In this document: one piece after another, positions 48,079 to 57,835 of the stretch
How the letters are laid out: each line of letters starts with the position of its first letter
Position numbering within the stretch: the first letter of the stretch is position 1
Source: a virus
Length of the DNA: 64,000 nt
Virus record (IMG/VR): IMGVR_UViG_3300035190_001334
Coordinates: 64,001 to 128,000 of that record
Strand: one strand, 5' to 3'
Notes under the pieces: generated by a model
What the model was told of the DNA's origin: nothing
The model's input: the letters and a program-made list of their open reading frames with translations, nothing else
Databases searched by the model: none
Translations under genes and position numbers: made by a program

Positions 48079-48151
48079 ATAAGTCTTTAGAGGGAGTGAC
48101 AACAAAAACTCCCTCGCTCTACAATTTTTATTCACTAACAGGAAACGAATT

Positions 48152-48352
48152 ATGAAAACTCTTCTCGCTGTAATTATTGCTATCCCTCTTGCAATCAGTT
48201 TCTCTGCTTTTTTTGCTTATGTTTTCATGCTCCTATGGAACTGGGCTTTGGTTGGTATTTTCCCTGCTGTACCTGTGCTTGAGTTCTACAAAGCTTGGGG
48301 CTTGACAATCTTACTATCAATCATCGGTTCATTTTTCAAAAGTAGCAAGTAA
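48152..48352 (+). CDS. Small membrane protein
   Basis: MLLWNW...FYKAWGL, two hydrophobic segments. Confidence 0.7.
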   Translation: MKTLLAVIIAIPLAISFSAFFAYVFMLLWNWALVGIFPAVPVLEFYKAWGLTILLSIIGSFFKSSK

Positions 48353-48676
48353 TCCTTATGACACAACAACAAGTAATCCATTTGATGAGCAGCGCGACAT
48401 CTGAAAGTGACTGGAACGACAAATGTGACCAAGTTAAAACTGCTTGCAATGGCTACCCTGATTTTTGGTTTTCGTCGATTGTTCCTTCTGGTTTAGTTGA
48501 TAGAGTTTCTGCTAAGTGGTAAAAGCTCTAGGCAATGTCAATAAGTCCTAATCACAGAACCCGAAAAAGACCGCTTGTGCTGAGCAAGAGTCGCAGCTAC
48601 CCGTACCCAACAAAGGACGGTTGACGGTTGCTATAGGTTCTGTTTTATTTTTCTTTAACTATTAGGAGAAACTTCC

Positions 48677-49201
48677 ATGTCTTACGCTAGAGTTCGAGTC
48701 GAAAAGTTTGGTGACAATTTCTATTTGCAAATTAATGGTCAGACTAAGCAGTTCAATCGTGAGTCATCTGACCTACTAACATCACCTATCGAAGCTGCTG
48801 AAGATTTTCGTAGTGGCATTTTCTCTTCTGGTTTTGTGGTTAAATTCTCTGACGGTGCAAAGACATTAGCTATAGACTTTCAGTACTCGTTTAGTCCCAA
48901 GGAAACAGACGCTAACCCATTGGCAGAGATTCGGCGCAGAGTTCGACTGGTGCAAGAGACTTTCGCTAAAGCAGAGGCAGAAAAAGAAGTGTGGGAAGGT
49001 ATTGTCGGTGAGCTACCGCTAGTTACTGAGTCTGAGGAGTTGTACGATGTATTTTTCCTTGGAACTACCCCTGACTGCATTCAAGTCACTCGTATCGCCG
49101 CTAAAGCTGTTACTTTAGCCGAAGCTCAAAGCTGGAAATTACATTGGGAAGGTTTCTTTATTGCGCCTTCTGGTAAATATAAAGTTGGATATAAACTCTA
49201 A
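48677..49201 (+). CDS. Hypothetical protein
   Basis: RBS aggag. Confidence 0.7.
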   Translation: MSYARVRVEKFGDNFYLQINGQTKQFNRESSDLLTSPIEAAEDFRSGIFSSGFVVKFSDGAKTLAIDFQYSFSPKETDANPLAEIRRRVRLVQETFAKAEAEKEVWEGIVGELPLVTESEELYDVFFLGTTPDCIQVTRIAAKAVTLAEAQSWKLHWEGFFIAPSGKYKVGYKL

Positions 49202-49368
49202 TGAAAAAAGCCCGTACAACTACAGCAGCAATTGGGTTCCGTAATAAAATCTGGGGCATCGCACCCAAACCTACAGCACCGACATCAACCAAACTCAAGG
49301 TGAAACGACCTTCTGCTACGCCTCTTGAAGAAATAGCTCAAGTGTTCTCACTCATTACAGGTTAAATC

Positions 49369-49737
49369 ATGTCACTCACAATACTTTCTGGCTTACCCAA
49401 ATCTGGCAAAACTCGACAAGCCTATCTTCTCGCAGCTAAAGTTGCTGAGACTGGTGAAGTACTGATTTTCACAGAGGAAGATAGACGAACTTTACAATGT
49501 CTCGCAAGAGAGATGTCTGCTCTTGAGGTTGACTTTGCTGTTCGTTTCGTTACCTTGTTTGACATCGACACTTTGCAACTACAAATTGAAGACTTAAAAC
49601 CTTCTCTTGTAATTATCGATAACTCCGTATTGAATGTTAATGTTCAACGGGTTTCAGATATCGCTGACCACACAAATACACAAATCCTCTTGGTTCGCAA
49701 CACTATTATGGGTACGCACGAGCCAGCTACTTACTAA
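49369..49737 (+). CDS. Short P-loop NTPase-like protein (RecA/KaiC-type fragment)
   Basis: ILSGLPKSGKT Walker A, LVIIDN Walker B; only 122 aa. Confidence 0.6.
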   Translation: MSLTILSGLPKSGKTRQAYLLAAKVAETGEVLIFTEEDRRTLQCLAREMSALEVDFAVRFVTLFDIDTLQLQIEDLKPSLVIIDNSVLNVNVQRVSDIADHTNTQILLVRNTIMGTHEPATY

Positions 49738-49745
49738 TCACTCTT

Positions 49746-49770
49746 GCGGTACTTGACCTCTAAGTACCGC
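49746..49770 (+). terminator. Hairpin upstream of the IscB guide
   Basis: gcggtactt-gacctct-aagtaccgc then ttaattt. Confidence 0.45.
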
Positions 49771-50028
49771 TTAATTTAACATAGGAGCTATTGTCAGCAA
49801 CCCCGCACTGAAGTGACGGGGCTTCGAGCCTAAAGCTTGGAGCCATGCTGACCAGCCTAAGTCTTAACTGACTACGTTATTTAGGTCACGACACCTCGGA
49901 ATGCTTGCTAGTTCCCCGCTCTGTCGTTTGTAATTAAACAGTTCTAAGGTCACTGGAACAGTGTTGCAAGCCTAACAAGCCTAGATAACATTGGCGAAGC
50001 AAACATTACTTTTGTAGGCGACACAACC
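49771..50028 (+). ncRNA. omegaRNA (HEARO-type) of IscB; guide ~49771-49792, scaffold from 49793
   Basis: gtcagcaaccccgcactgaagtgacggggctt...gaccagcctaag...ctacgtt...acattggcgaag hallmark segments. Confidence 0.85.
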
Positions 50029-51300
50029 ATGTCAAACCAAATCTTTGTACTAGACACCAATCTCAAGCCACTGACACCTTGCAAGCCATCTATGGCGCGT
50101 AAGTTACTCAATGCAAATAAAGCTGCGGTATTCCGTCAATTCCCATTCACTATTATCTTAAAAAAGGAAGTAGTTGCTAACCCAGAACCAATTGAAATAA
50201 AGATTGATGCTGGCTCCAAAACAACGGGATTTGCATTAGTTCAAGACGAAAAAGTTATCTTTGGCGCAGAACTTAGTCACCGTGGTCAAGCCATCAAAAA
50301 TAGTCTTGAATCGCGCCAATCTCTGAGACGCGGCAGACGAAATCGCAAAACTCGTTACCGTCAAGCTAGATTTTTGAATCGCACCCGTCCTAAAGGTTGG
50401 TTAGCTCCAAGCCTAGAACATCGTGTTTTAACGATTATGACTTGGGTACGCAAGTTTATTAAATTAGCCCCCATTGGTTCAATTGTTTCTGAACTTGTTC
50501 GATTCGACTTGCAACAGATAGAGAATCCTGAAATATCAGGGATTGAATATCAGCAAGGAGAACTACAAGGCTATGAAGTACGCGAGTATCTACTTGAAAA
50601 ATGGGACAGAAAATGTGCTTACTGCGGTACTAAAAATGTACCGTTGCAAGTAGAACATATTCACCCTAAATCTAAAGGCGGCTCTAACCGTATCTCTAAT
50701 CTATGTCTTGCCTGTGAGCCATGCAACCTTAAAAAAGGAGTGCAAGGCATTACCGATTTCTTAGTTAAAAAACCTGATGTTTTGAAAAAAGTGTTGGCTC
50801 AAGTCAAGCGCCCACTGAAAGATGCGGCAGCCGTGAACTCTACCCGTTGGGCATTGCTCAATGCTCTCAAAGCTACTGGCTTGCCTACTAGTACTGGCTC
50901 AGGCGGTCAAACTAAATTCAATCGCTCTCGCTTAAATCTGCCTAAAACCCATTGGCTTGACGCGGCTTGTGTCGGGCAAGTTGATAGCTTGAAAGTGCTA
51001 ACTAACAAGCCTTTAATTATTAAGGCAACTGGTCACGGCACTAGGCAAATGTGCAGAACAGACAAGTATGGATTTCCATCGCGCCATGTTCCTAGATGTA
51101 AATTTGTTAAAGGTTTCCAGACTGGTGACATTGTGAAAGCGATGGTCACTACTGGCAAAAAGATTGGTGAATATGTTGGGCGTATTGCTGTCCGCTCTAC
51201 GGGTAGTTTCAATATCTCAGCATCAACATTGATTCAAGGTATCAGTCACAAGTATTGCAAAACTATTCATCGCAAGGATGGCTATAGCTATGGTTTCTAA
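49793..51300 (+). mobile_element. Non-autonomous IS200/IS605-family IscB (OMEGA) element
   Basis: omegaRNA plus iscB; no tnpA in the window. Confidence 0.75.
50029..51300 (+). CDS. iscB: IscB RNA-guided endonuclease (RRXRR/HNH)
   Basis: PLTP (PLMP domain), IDAGSKTTG RuvC-I, RRGRRNRKTRYR bridge helix, ELVRFD, CAYC..EHI..N..C..CN HNH, HWLDAAC RuvC-III. Confidence 0.95.
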   Translation: MSNQIFVLDTNLKPLTPCKPSMARKLLNANKAAVFRQFPFTIILKKEVVANPEPIEIKIDAGSKTTGFALVQDEKVIFGAELSHRGQAIKNSLESRQSLRRGRRNRKTRYRQARFLNRTRPKGWLAPSLEHRVLTIMTWVRKFIKLAPIGSIVSELVRFDLQQIENPEISGIEYQQGELQGYEVREYLLEKWDRKCAYCGTKNVPLQVEHIHPKSKGGSNRISNLCLACEPCNLKKGVQGITDFLVKKPDVLKKVLAQVKRPLKDAAAVNSTRWALLNALKATGLPTSTGSGGQTKFNRSRLNLPKTHWLDAACVGQVDSLKVLTNKPLIIKATGHGTRQMCRTDKYGFPSRHVPRCKFVKGFQTGDIVKAMVTTGKKIGEYVGRIAVRSTGSFNISASTLIQGISHKYCKTIHRKDGYSYGF

Positions 51301-51754
51301 TATCTACTGGCGGTTTCAACCGCCGTTCACTGACCTCCGCACCACTAACTTCCTACCACTTTCAATCTCATTTCACAAAATTGACCGCAACCCAGAATTT
51401 TTTCGACAAATCTACAAGCGCGACAGCTATATAGACGCAGCGTATGCGTTTGCTACTAACCAGAACGAACTGCTAACTCGAATCGGTAAACTACTTGAGT
51501 CTGCAAGACCTTTTTACAACTCCCCACAGCACACAGAAAAGAAGGTAAGGTCGTTCATTTCTCGCTTCAACGCTTTGGTTCACAGAGCTTTGTTGATACA
51601 TCCAACTCATTCTGATACTCTCACTGTAATTCGTGGCTTTGCGGGACTAATAAACAGCATTGAGGACAGTGCGATTCTTTTTTCTGTCAAGCCGCTACTT
51701 CGTGAATATGTCGAGTACTTCTTTTATCCCTATGTGAAACAGGTGAAACCATGA
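51290..51754 (+). CDS. Hypothetical protein
   Basis: Start MVSNIYW overlaps the end of iscB. Confidence 0.55.
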   Translation: MVSNIYWRFQPPFTDLRTTNFLPLSISFHKIDRNPEFFRQIYKRDSYIDAAYAFATNQNELLTRIGKLLESARPFYNSPQHTEKKVRSFISRFNALVHRALLIHPTHSDTLTVIRGFAGLINSIEDSAILFSVKPLLREYVEYFFYPYVKQVKP

Positions 51755-52542
51755 CCTACAGACTTAATGTTTGCAACTTGTCTGGCATTTTTGAAAAAAG
51801 TTTCGGGCTGACTAATTTCTCTGAAGATTATTATGCATTGCTAAATAGTTTTAGGGGTTTGGAGTCGGCTGTAAATGACTCTTCTTATACACTATCGCCA
51901 AGAACTCTTGAAGAATATTTAGAGTATAAAGACTGGTATCAAGACTACAGACTCTTTTGCAAGTTGTCACATTTCGTTGATGACTTCAACTTCTTCATCA
52001 ACGAAAGTGTAAGAACAAGAACTGAACATGACTCCAAGCATTTGGTTGACAGACGTTTGCACGACTTCATTCGGCGCGTTGAGAGTATGAAAATTCCGCA
52101 ACAGACTAAAGATACTATTGCGGGTTTCTTGAAAATGCAGAGAGCGAAAGTTGCACTTGTTGCTATTAGGGAAAGTCCTTGGGTAGTCCCAAACTTGTTG
52201 GAGAATGAGAATCTACAGATAATTGCCGCCAAAGCTAAAAACGAGGAGGTCAGAAAAAGATTGATTATGACCACACAAATACTTCAGACTTGGGGCAAAT
52301 TTCCCGAACTGAGATTGGGGCAACTGATTTCAAATTCTCTGCCTGAAGGTACTGACCTTTTCTATAGCAAGTTAATTTTTGTGTACTCTTGGCGTTCGGC
52401 GCAACAACGGACTATGATAATTCTTGCGGATTCGAGAGAAGAATCAGATACTATTTTCAAATCTGAAGAACCTAATATCAGCCCTTACGTCACCCAGCTA
52501 TTTGTCGATGGCGGTGAGTCTACAATTATCTATAACCACTAA
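51751..52542 (+). CDS. Hypothetical protein
   Basis: 263 aa; W.KFPELRLGQL motif; possibly a fusion. Confidence 0.6.
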   Translation: MTYRLNVCNLSGIFEKSFGLTNFSEDYYALLNSFRGLESAVNDSSYTLSPRTLEEYLEYKDWYQDYRLFCKLSHFVDDFNFFINESVRTRTEHDSKHLVDRRLHDFIRRVESMKIPQQTKDTIAGFLKMQRAKVALVAIRESPWVVPNLLENENLQIIAAKAKNEEVRKRLIMTTQILQTWGKFPELRLGQLISNSLPEGTDLFYSKLIFVYSWRSAQQRTMIILADSREESDTIFKSEEPNISPYVTQLFVDGGESTIIYNH

Positions 52543-53003
52543 TGAACATCTTCGTACTTCACAAAAACCCAATCGAAGCTGCCCATCTTGTCCCAGTCAA
52601 AGTAGCTAGCAAAATGGCTCTCGAAGCTGCTCAAATGCTTGCAGTCGCTTGCGCTCATCAAGGTCTAGCGCTGCCGCACAAAAAAGATGGTAACGAGTAT
52701 TCACCAAAATCGCACGTTAATCATCCTTGTACTAAATGGGCTTGTCAGAGTCGTGAAAATATGTTATGGCTTTGTTTGCACGGTGTCACGCTTTGCTGCC
52801 TCCATGAAGAAAACTACGGAAAAATGCCAGCACACCTCAAGGCTCTGCAAGAAGTAGCTACCCAACTCGGTGCAATACCTTTCTATGACCACACACCATT
52901 TGTTTCTGCTATGCCTGACGAGTTCAAGACTGATGATGTAGTTGAGAGTTACCGTGCCTATATCAAGACCAAACCGTACTATGTTGAAGGAGAAACGAAG
53001 TGA
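52542..53003 (+). CDS. Pyrimidine-dimer DNA glycosylase (DenV)-like family protein
   Basis: MNIFVL...KMALEAAQML...HVNHPCTKW...AMPDEFK..D.VESYRAY. Confidence 0.75.
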   Translation: MNIFVLHKNPIEAAHLVPVKVASKMALEAAQMLAVACAHQGLALPHKKDGNEYSPKSHVNHPCTKWACQSRENMLWLCLHGVTLCCLHEENYGKMPAHLKALQEVATQLGAIPFYDHTPFVSAMPDEFKTDDVVESYRAYIKTKPYYVEGETK

Positions 53004-53320
53004 TGAGCGAGAAGATTTGTCACGTTGATGGCTCATGCCCCTTTGCTTGTAGTGAAGCAAGTGAAATCGCGCAAAACTACGGTTGTCTTCCGACTGCATA
53101 CGGCATTAAGATTATGCGCCTCCAGTACGGTAAAACTTGGGCTTGCCACTCAGATACCTCTAAGCCATGCCAAGGCGCTATTCAGCATCTAAAACGTAAT
53201 GGTGAAGATGCTTCGGTGATTGACCCGCAGTTGATTACAGAAGAGAGTGATTGGGGTGAACTTGTAACGCCGAGCGAGAAAACGAGAGAATATATCAAGA
53301 GTAAATTTTGGAGTTACTGA
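53000..53320 (+). CDS. Cys-rich hypothetical protein
   Basis: CPF...QNYGCLP...WACH...C. Confidence 0.7.
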   Translation: MMSEKICHVDGSCPFACSEASEIAQNYGCLPTAYGIKIMRLQYGKTWACHSDTSKPCQGAIQHLKRNGEDASVIDPQLITEESDWGELVTPSEKTREYIKSKFWSY

Positions 53321-53321
53321 T

Positions 53322-53510
53322 ATGAGATTTAATGTGGTCAACATTGACCTTGACTCATGCTTGAATCACGGCTACACTTACAACGAGAAGTTGGAGATTT
53401 GCTTGAACCGCGCTATCCGAGAAGATGATGAAAAACTTATTTCTCTTGAGAGCATCGGTGAGGGTAAGTATCGTGTTGTTTATGAAAAATTTGGAGGTAT
53501 AGGGCGATGA
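53322..53510 (+). CDS. Hypothetical protein
   Basis: Collinear; RBS ggag. Confidence 0.55.
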   Translation: MRFNVVNIDLDSCLNHGYTYNEKLEICLNRAIREDDEKLISLESIGEGKYRVVYEKFGGIGR

Positions 53511-54154
53511 TTGATTACACTTACCTGACCACGATACAAAACTGCGGCTGGTGGTTCGTTGTAGCCATCCGCCCTAGTGGTGTGATTGAACATCTGGCTA
53601 CATTTGATAATTTTGAAGATGCCGAATGGTATGGGACTACGCAAGCGATGTGATACTGAGGAGGTGTTGTTATGCAGCATCTCTTTTTCTTTTGTCTCGC
53701 TGGCGCTCACCTTTTTTCTGCACACGACCGTAGGGAGATTTTATGGATAACAAAGAAATGTTGAGGCAGTATGAGGACAAAGAAGTGAAAAACGTGTATG
53801 TGGTTTGTAAGGAGCTATTGCGCGAACATGAGAGGAATAAGGAAGCTAAGTCTTTCTCATTGCCGAAGGGCTAGGCTAACGCCAGTTGTCTCAAGCGCCG
53901 ACGGCTGGGATTCTTTCTAGAAGTAGCAGGAGAATATAGGGTGATGACATTTGCTACTACTATCTACGAGACTACGTTGTTTCAAGCCCCTAATAATCTG
54001 CAAATATTTTTAGCAAATCGTTGTAATAATCTAGCAGAAAAACACACTAACGTAATTGCAGCTTTTAAAACCCTGCAAATAATCTGCATAGATTGTCTAG
54101 CAAAAACCATGCAAAAAGAGTGTGCTATTATAATAAAAAGACTATTAAAAGCTT

Positions 54155-54847
54155 ATGAAATCGGCAAACCCTGAAGACCTACTAAAAATAAAACTAGCTG
54201 AGCGACCGCTAGAGGCTCATGACATCGTGGAGCTATTCACACCAGACAACTACAAACTAAGTGCCGCCATACTCGCAAAACAGCACGTTGAGACTATTGA
54301 AGTGCTTGGAGGTATGCAGAAGTCACTAGATGACCTAAAGAACCAGCAGAAAGAAACTCAAAAGCTGCTAGTTGAGTTGTCAGCAGACAAGAAAATCTCC
54401 GAGACTAAACTAGCTCGGTTTTTCACTACTGCCCCACATTTACTAACCAACTTTGACTACGATTTTGAGCAAAAGGTTATTACGTTCAAAGACTGCCCTC
54501 TGGAAACCGACTCTGAAGAAGTTGCTTTTTTATCGTTGAGTCTTGAAGATTATTTTGGCGCTAACCACATTCCTTTTTCTGTCCTGCTTAGCGGAATCAA
54601 GCGCTACTTTGCAATCAAGAAAAAACAGAACTTTGCTATCAAAGATTTTCTAGAAGAGTATTGTGAAGAAACTTTATCTAATACCAAGACAAAAAGGCGC
54701 ACAAGAATCTATTTTAAAAACTTGAAAGCTGCTTGCGAAGATTGTCCAGAAGTAACTCCAAAAGTTATTAAGGATGTGATGCAAGATTTGGGCTACGAGC
54801 AAAAGACCGATGCTTCTAGAGTTGTATTTTTTGAGAAGGTAAAGTAG
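54155..54847 (+). CDS. Hypothetical protein, paralog of 33882-34562
   Basis: Shared motifs; preceded by tgctattataat. Confidence 0.75.
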   Translation: MKSANPEDLLKIKLAERPLEAHDIVELFTPDNYKLSAAILAKQHVETIEVLGGMQKSLDDLKNQQKETQKLLVELSADKKISETKLARFFTTAPHLLTNFDYDFEQKVITFKDCPLETDSEEVAFLSLSLEDYFGANHIPFSVLLSGIKRYFAIKKKQNFAIKDFLEEYCEETLSNTKTKRRTRIYFKNLKAACEDCPEVTPKVIKDVMQDLGYEQKTDASRVVFFEKVK

Positions 54848-54848
54848 G

Positions 54849-55358
54849 ATGAGCCAAACATTTATCTACGCTATCTACTGTCCAAACAAACAAGAAGTTA
54901 AAATCGGATATGCAACAAACCCAACATCGAGATTATCTTCGTTACAAGTTGGCACTACCGATAGACTTGATATTCTGATGACTTTTATAGGGGGCTTAGA
55001 AGAGGAGAGACTATTGCACAGCATCTTGTCACATCTCAGGTTGTCTGGTGAGTGGTTTGAATATACAACAGAAGTTAGGGATACTTTATTAAGGTTCTCT
55101 TCTAAGAATCTTCCACTACCTAAAGACGATGCCTATATCCTATCAAAAAATCATGCGATAGTTGAAAAGGCTTACACCATAGTAGATTCGCATCCAAACA
55201 AAAGAAAAATCACTATTCCAGAGTTAAAAAGGACAATGCCTTATGGTGAGATTTCCACAAAAGAAGTTGAAGAAGTATTACTAGAGGCTGGCTGGGAAAT
55301 TTTTAAATCTGGAACTTGCCCTACTAAGTTTTTCCGACCTCCCCTAGAAAATAATTAG
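54849..55358 (+). CDS. T5orf172/MUG113 GIY-YIG family protein
   Basis: FIYAI...VKIGYA..P..RL.SLQ...E..LH...GEWF. Confidence 0.85.
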   Translation: MSQTFIYAIYCPNKQEVKIGYATNPTSRLSSLQVGTTDRLDILMTFIGGLEEERLLHSILSHLRLSGEWFEYTTEVRDTLLRFSSKNLPLPKDDAYILSKNHAIVEKAYTIVDSHPNKRKITIPELKRTMPYGEISTKEVEEVLLEAGWEIFKSGTCPTKFFRPPLENN

Positions 55359-55366
55359 CTAAAACC

Positions 55367-55600
55367 ATGACCCAAACCAACCGCATCAATTCCTCTTCTG
55401 CACATATCACCGTAGACAGCCTAGATTGGCTCCGCAAGACACACGAAAACAACATCACATGGATTCCACTGTTCGCAAACTATTACTACGCCTACAGAGC
55501 CATAGAGCAGCAATGGTGGTACGTTGACGAGGAAAAAAAGTTCAAAGTAGATGCAGCACCAGACATTGAATCAATTTATCAAGAGATGAAAAAACCATGA
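55367..55600 (+). CDS. Hypothetical protein (W..P.IE domain family)
   Basis: APDIESIYQ. Confidence 0.65.
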   Translation: MTQTNRINSSSAHITVDSLDWLRKTHENNITWIPLFANYYYAYRAIEQQWWYVDEEKKFKVDAAPDIESIYQEMKKP

Positions 55601-55824
55601 CTTACGATTTAGTCGAGATTAATTGGGACACCACGCTCGTAACAAAACTTCATCTTCAAGATGTTACCGAATATGTGATAGAACTGCATAAGCATACAAC
55701 AGTTACCTCTAAAGGATGTTTTCTAAGTGTGAAGCCTCATGGTAAATTTCGAGTTGGCGAAACAGCTTGTGAGTTCACACCTGAAAATGACCGATGCCCT
55801 ATAAGACTTGGAGAAAAGTTATGA
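55597..55824 (+). CDS. Hypothetical protein
   Basis: ATGA overlaps. Confidence 0.55.
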   Translation: MTYDLVEINWDTTLVTKLHLQDVTEYVIELHKHTTVTSKGCFLSVKPHGKFRVGETACEFTPENDRCPIRLGEKL

Positions 55825-56291
55825 CCACAACAACAACTATCGTATGTGAAAAAACTTCCCGTCCTTACAAAAGAGAAGAGGATGATGAAGTTATTAGGTG
55901 GTTCAAAGACAACAGCATTATAGCTGACTTTGCTTTTCGTAAGTCTGAAGGAATATGGCGTTATCATGGCTACCCATTCCAACTGTCTAAAGCATTAGAA
56001 TCTCCTCCTGACATCGAACTACAATACCAAGAGTCTCGCGCCAAAGGCTTCAAGATACACACTACCCAAACTAGCATCTCTTATGACGACTTATCATGGA
56101 CTCGACTAGCAGACAAAGCTGGTGTCACTTGGCTTCACGAAATGGTTCCAGAGCGCGAAAACATCTCGTATCGTTTCGATGAAAGTATCGGTTGGGCTTG
56201 GGCTTACCAGAAAGGAAATATCATGGCTTGGGTAGATTGCGAAAAGCCTGAGATTGAAAAACTTTACCAAAAATATATCAAGAGGTTTTAA
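55821..56291 (+). CDS. Hypothetical protein with two W..P.IE domains
   Basis: PPDIELQYQ and KPEIEKLYQ. Confidence 0.65.
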   Translation: MTTTTTIVCEKTSRPYKREEDDEVIRWFKDNSIIADFAFRKSEGIWRYHGYPFQLSKALESPPDIELQYQESRAKGFKIHTTQTSISYDDLSWTRLADKAGVTWLHEMVPERENISYRFDESIGWAWAYQKGNIMAWVDCEKPEIEKLYQKYIKRF

Positions 56292-56293
56292 CC

Positions 56294-56491
56294 ATGAGTC
56301 AACCCCAGTATCGCCTCATATCTCGCGGTCAGTCCTTTACTGGTCAAGAGGTAATCGAGCTTCACGTTTACAATCAGTCTCGCGGCATATATCAAAAAAT
56401 GCCAGTCAAAGTTACCATTAATCCAGAATGCGTAATCAAAACACTCGAAGAGCTTGAAAATTGGACTAAAGAAAGTTGGAGTACCCACTAA
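56294..56491 (+). CDS. Hypothetical protein
   Basis: RBS gagg. Confidence 0.55.
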   Translation: MSQPQYRLISRGQSFTGQEVIELHVYNQSRGIYQKMPVKVTINPECVIKTLEELENWTKESWSTH

Positions 56492-56737
56492 ATGAGCCGA
56501 CTTAAAGAATTAGAATGCGTAACTGACGTTGTTTTTGATGATAAGCACTGGAATCGCAGACAACTTGATAACTATATTCATTGGTGTTGCATTGAGTTGA
56601 CCCATGAGTACAAGTACGAAGACCCTAGAGACGGTTGGCTTTTTAGAAAATCTTTAGGTAACTGGTGGACTAGTTGTAACGAGCCTGAAATTGAAACTTT
56701 ACACAAAAAAGCGGTAACAAAGTATGAGCAACCTTAA
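56492..56737 (+). CDS. Hypothetical protein (W..P.IE domain family)
   Basis: WWTSCNEPEIETLHK. Confidence 0.65.
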   Translation: MSRLKELECVTDVVFDDKHWNRRQLDNYIHWCCIELTHEYKYEDPRDGWLFRKSLGNWWTSCNEPEIETLHKKAVTKYEQP

Positions 56738-57053
56738 CATCAGCCAAGACCAAGAATCTCTAATCCGTAACGCAGTTATTATCCTGCTTACTAACACCAA
56801 AACAGAATGGAATGACTGGAACATTCAAAACACTGGAGTCGAAATTAATTGCACTATCAATGGTATCGAAGTTGATTTTGTACGTTTGGTTCAAGAAGTC
56901 AACTCCTCATTTGAAGGTCGTGTCAATGAGGCAGTACAAGAAATTGTAAAAACTCAACTTCAAGATTTAAGCGAATCGCTGAGCGAAATAGCAAGGCGTA
57001 TCGGCAACACACAAAAAGAATTGCGCCTATCTAATATTTATTTTGATGATTAA
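56724..57053 (+). CDS. Hypothetical protein
   Basis: Collinear ORF. Confidence 0.6.
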   Translation: MSNLNISQDQESLIRNAVIILLTNTKTEWNDWNIQNTGVEINCTINGIEVDFVRLVQEVNSSFEGRVNEAVQEIVKTQLQDLSESLSEIARRIGNTQKELRLSNIYFDD

Positions 57054-57055
57054 TT

Positions 57056-57301
57056 ATGCGACCTAAACTATTTTTCGGACTTGGTGGTTCTTGTGACATC
57101 ACCAACAGCTTCCTGCCATTTTTCATCAACACACGGCTCATCTTTTTTATGGTCGTTGATGCACTGTCTTACGTCATAGAGTGCGAACAAGATATGCAAG
57201 ATTGTTACAACTCAATGTCACCGCAAGAAAAAGCTTGGATTGATGACAAGTCGATGCTCAATTTACACACTGATGAGTTAGGGAGAAGTTATTATGTCTA
57301 A
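57056..57301 (+). CDS. Hypothetical protein
   Basis: Collinear ORF. Confidence 0.45.
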   Translation: MRPKLFFGLGGSCDITNSFLPFFINTRLIFFMVVDALSYVIECEQDMQDCYNSMSPQEKAWIDDKSMLNLHTDELGRSYYV

Positions 57302-57512
57302 TCAAGGACTTGTTCAAAAATTTTACATCGAGCGAACTGATGGTGAAGAGTTACCAGAAGGCGCTAAATACTTCACGCTCCGCTACGACTCAGAAAGTAA
57401 GGATGGTGAAGCTTCTCGCAAAGCACTAACTGTCTACGCTGATGAGATAAAGGATATTAATCCAGTATTGTCTGAAGAATTACTTCAGGCTATCAGGAAT
57501 GAATCGCCATGA
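57294..57512 (+). CDS. Hypothetical phage protein
   Basis: KFYIERTDG...YFTLR...AL..YA motif. Confidence 0.7.
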   Translation: MSNQGLVQKFYIERTDGEELPEGAKYFTLRYDSESKDGEASRKALTVYADEIKDINPVLSEELLQAIRNESP

Positions 57513-57835
57513 AAAGCGCCTACAACCAGCTTGAGTTTTGTCAAGTCGAACAAGTGCCAATCACTACGCCCAAGAAAATTCACATCATTCGTTCCGAGCA
57601 GCAAGGTGCATTTAAGGTTGTGCTTAGCTCCAGAGATGCAGCTAAAATCGTCTCTGAGCTTCAGAAAGGCAATCCACATACTTTGACCTGCTACATGAGC
57701 TTCGGCGGTACTAACGACACCAAAACGTCAGTGTTGAGTGATTGCAAAGAATTTAGCTTACATGGCGATTGGATAGCTGATAACGAAGCTGTTCGTGAAT
57801 ACTTAAACTCTCAACTAAATGTTTTAGTAAACTAA
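57509..57835 (+). CDS. Hypothetical protein
   Basis: ATGA overlap. Confidence 0.6.
   Translation: MKSAYNQLEFCQVEQVPITTPKKIHIIRSEQQGAFKVVLSSRDAAKIVSELQKGNPHTLTCYMSFGGTNDTKTSVLSDCKEFSLHGDWIADNEAVREYLNSQLNVLVN

Noticed and set aside
53941-54174. 77 aa ORF
   Set aside because: Covers the repeat and promoter region of the next gene; more likely non-coding
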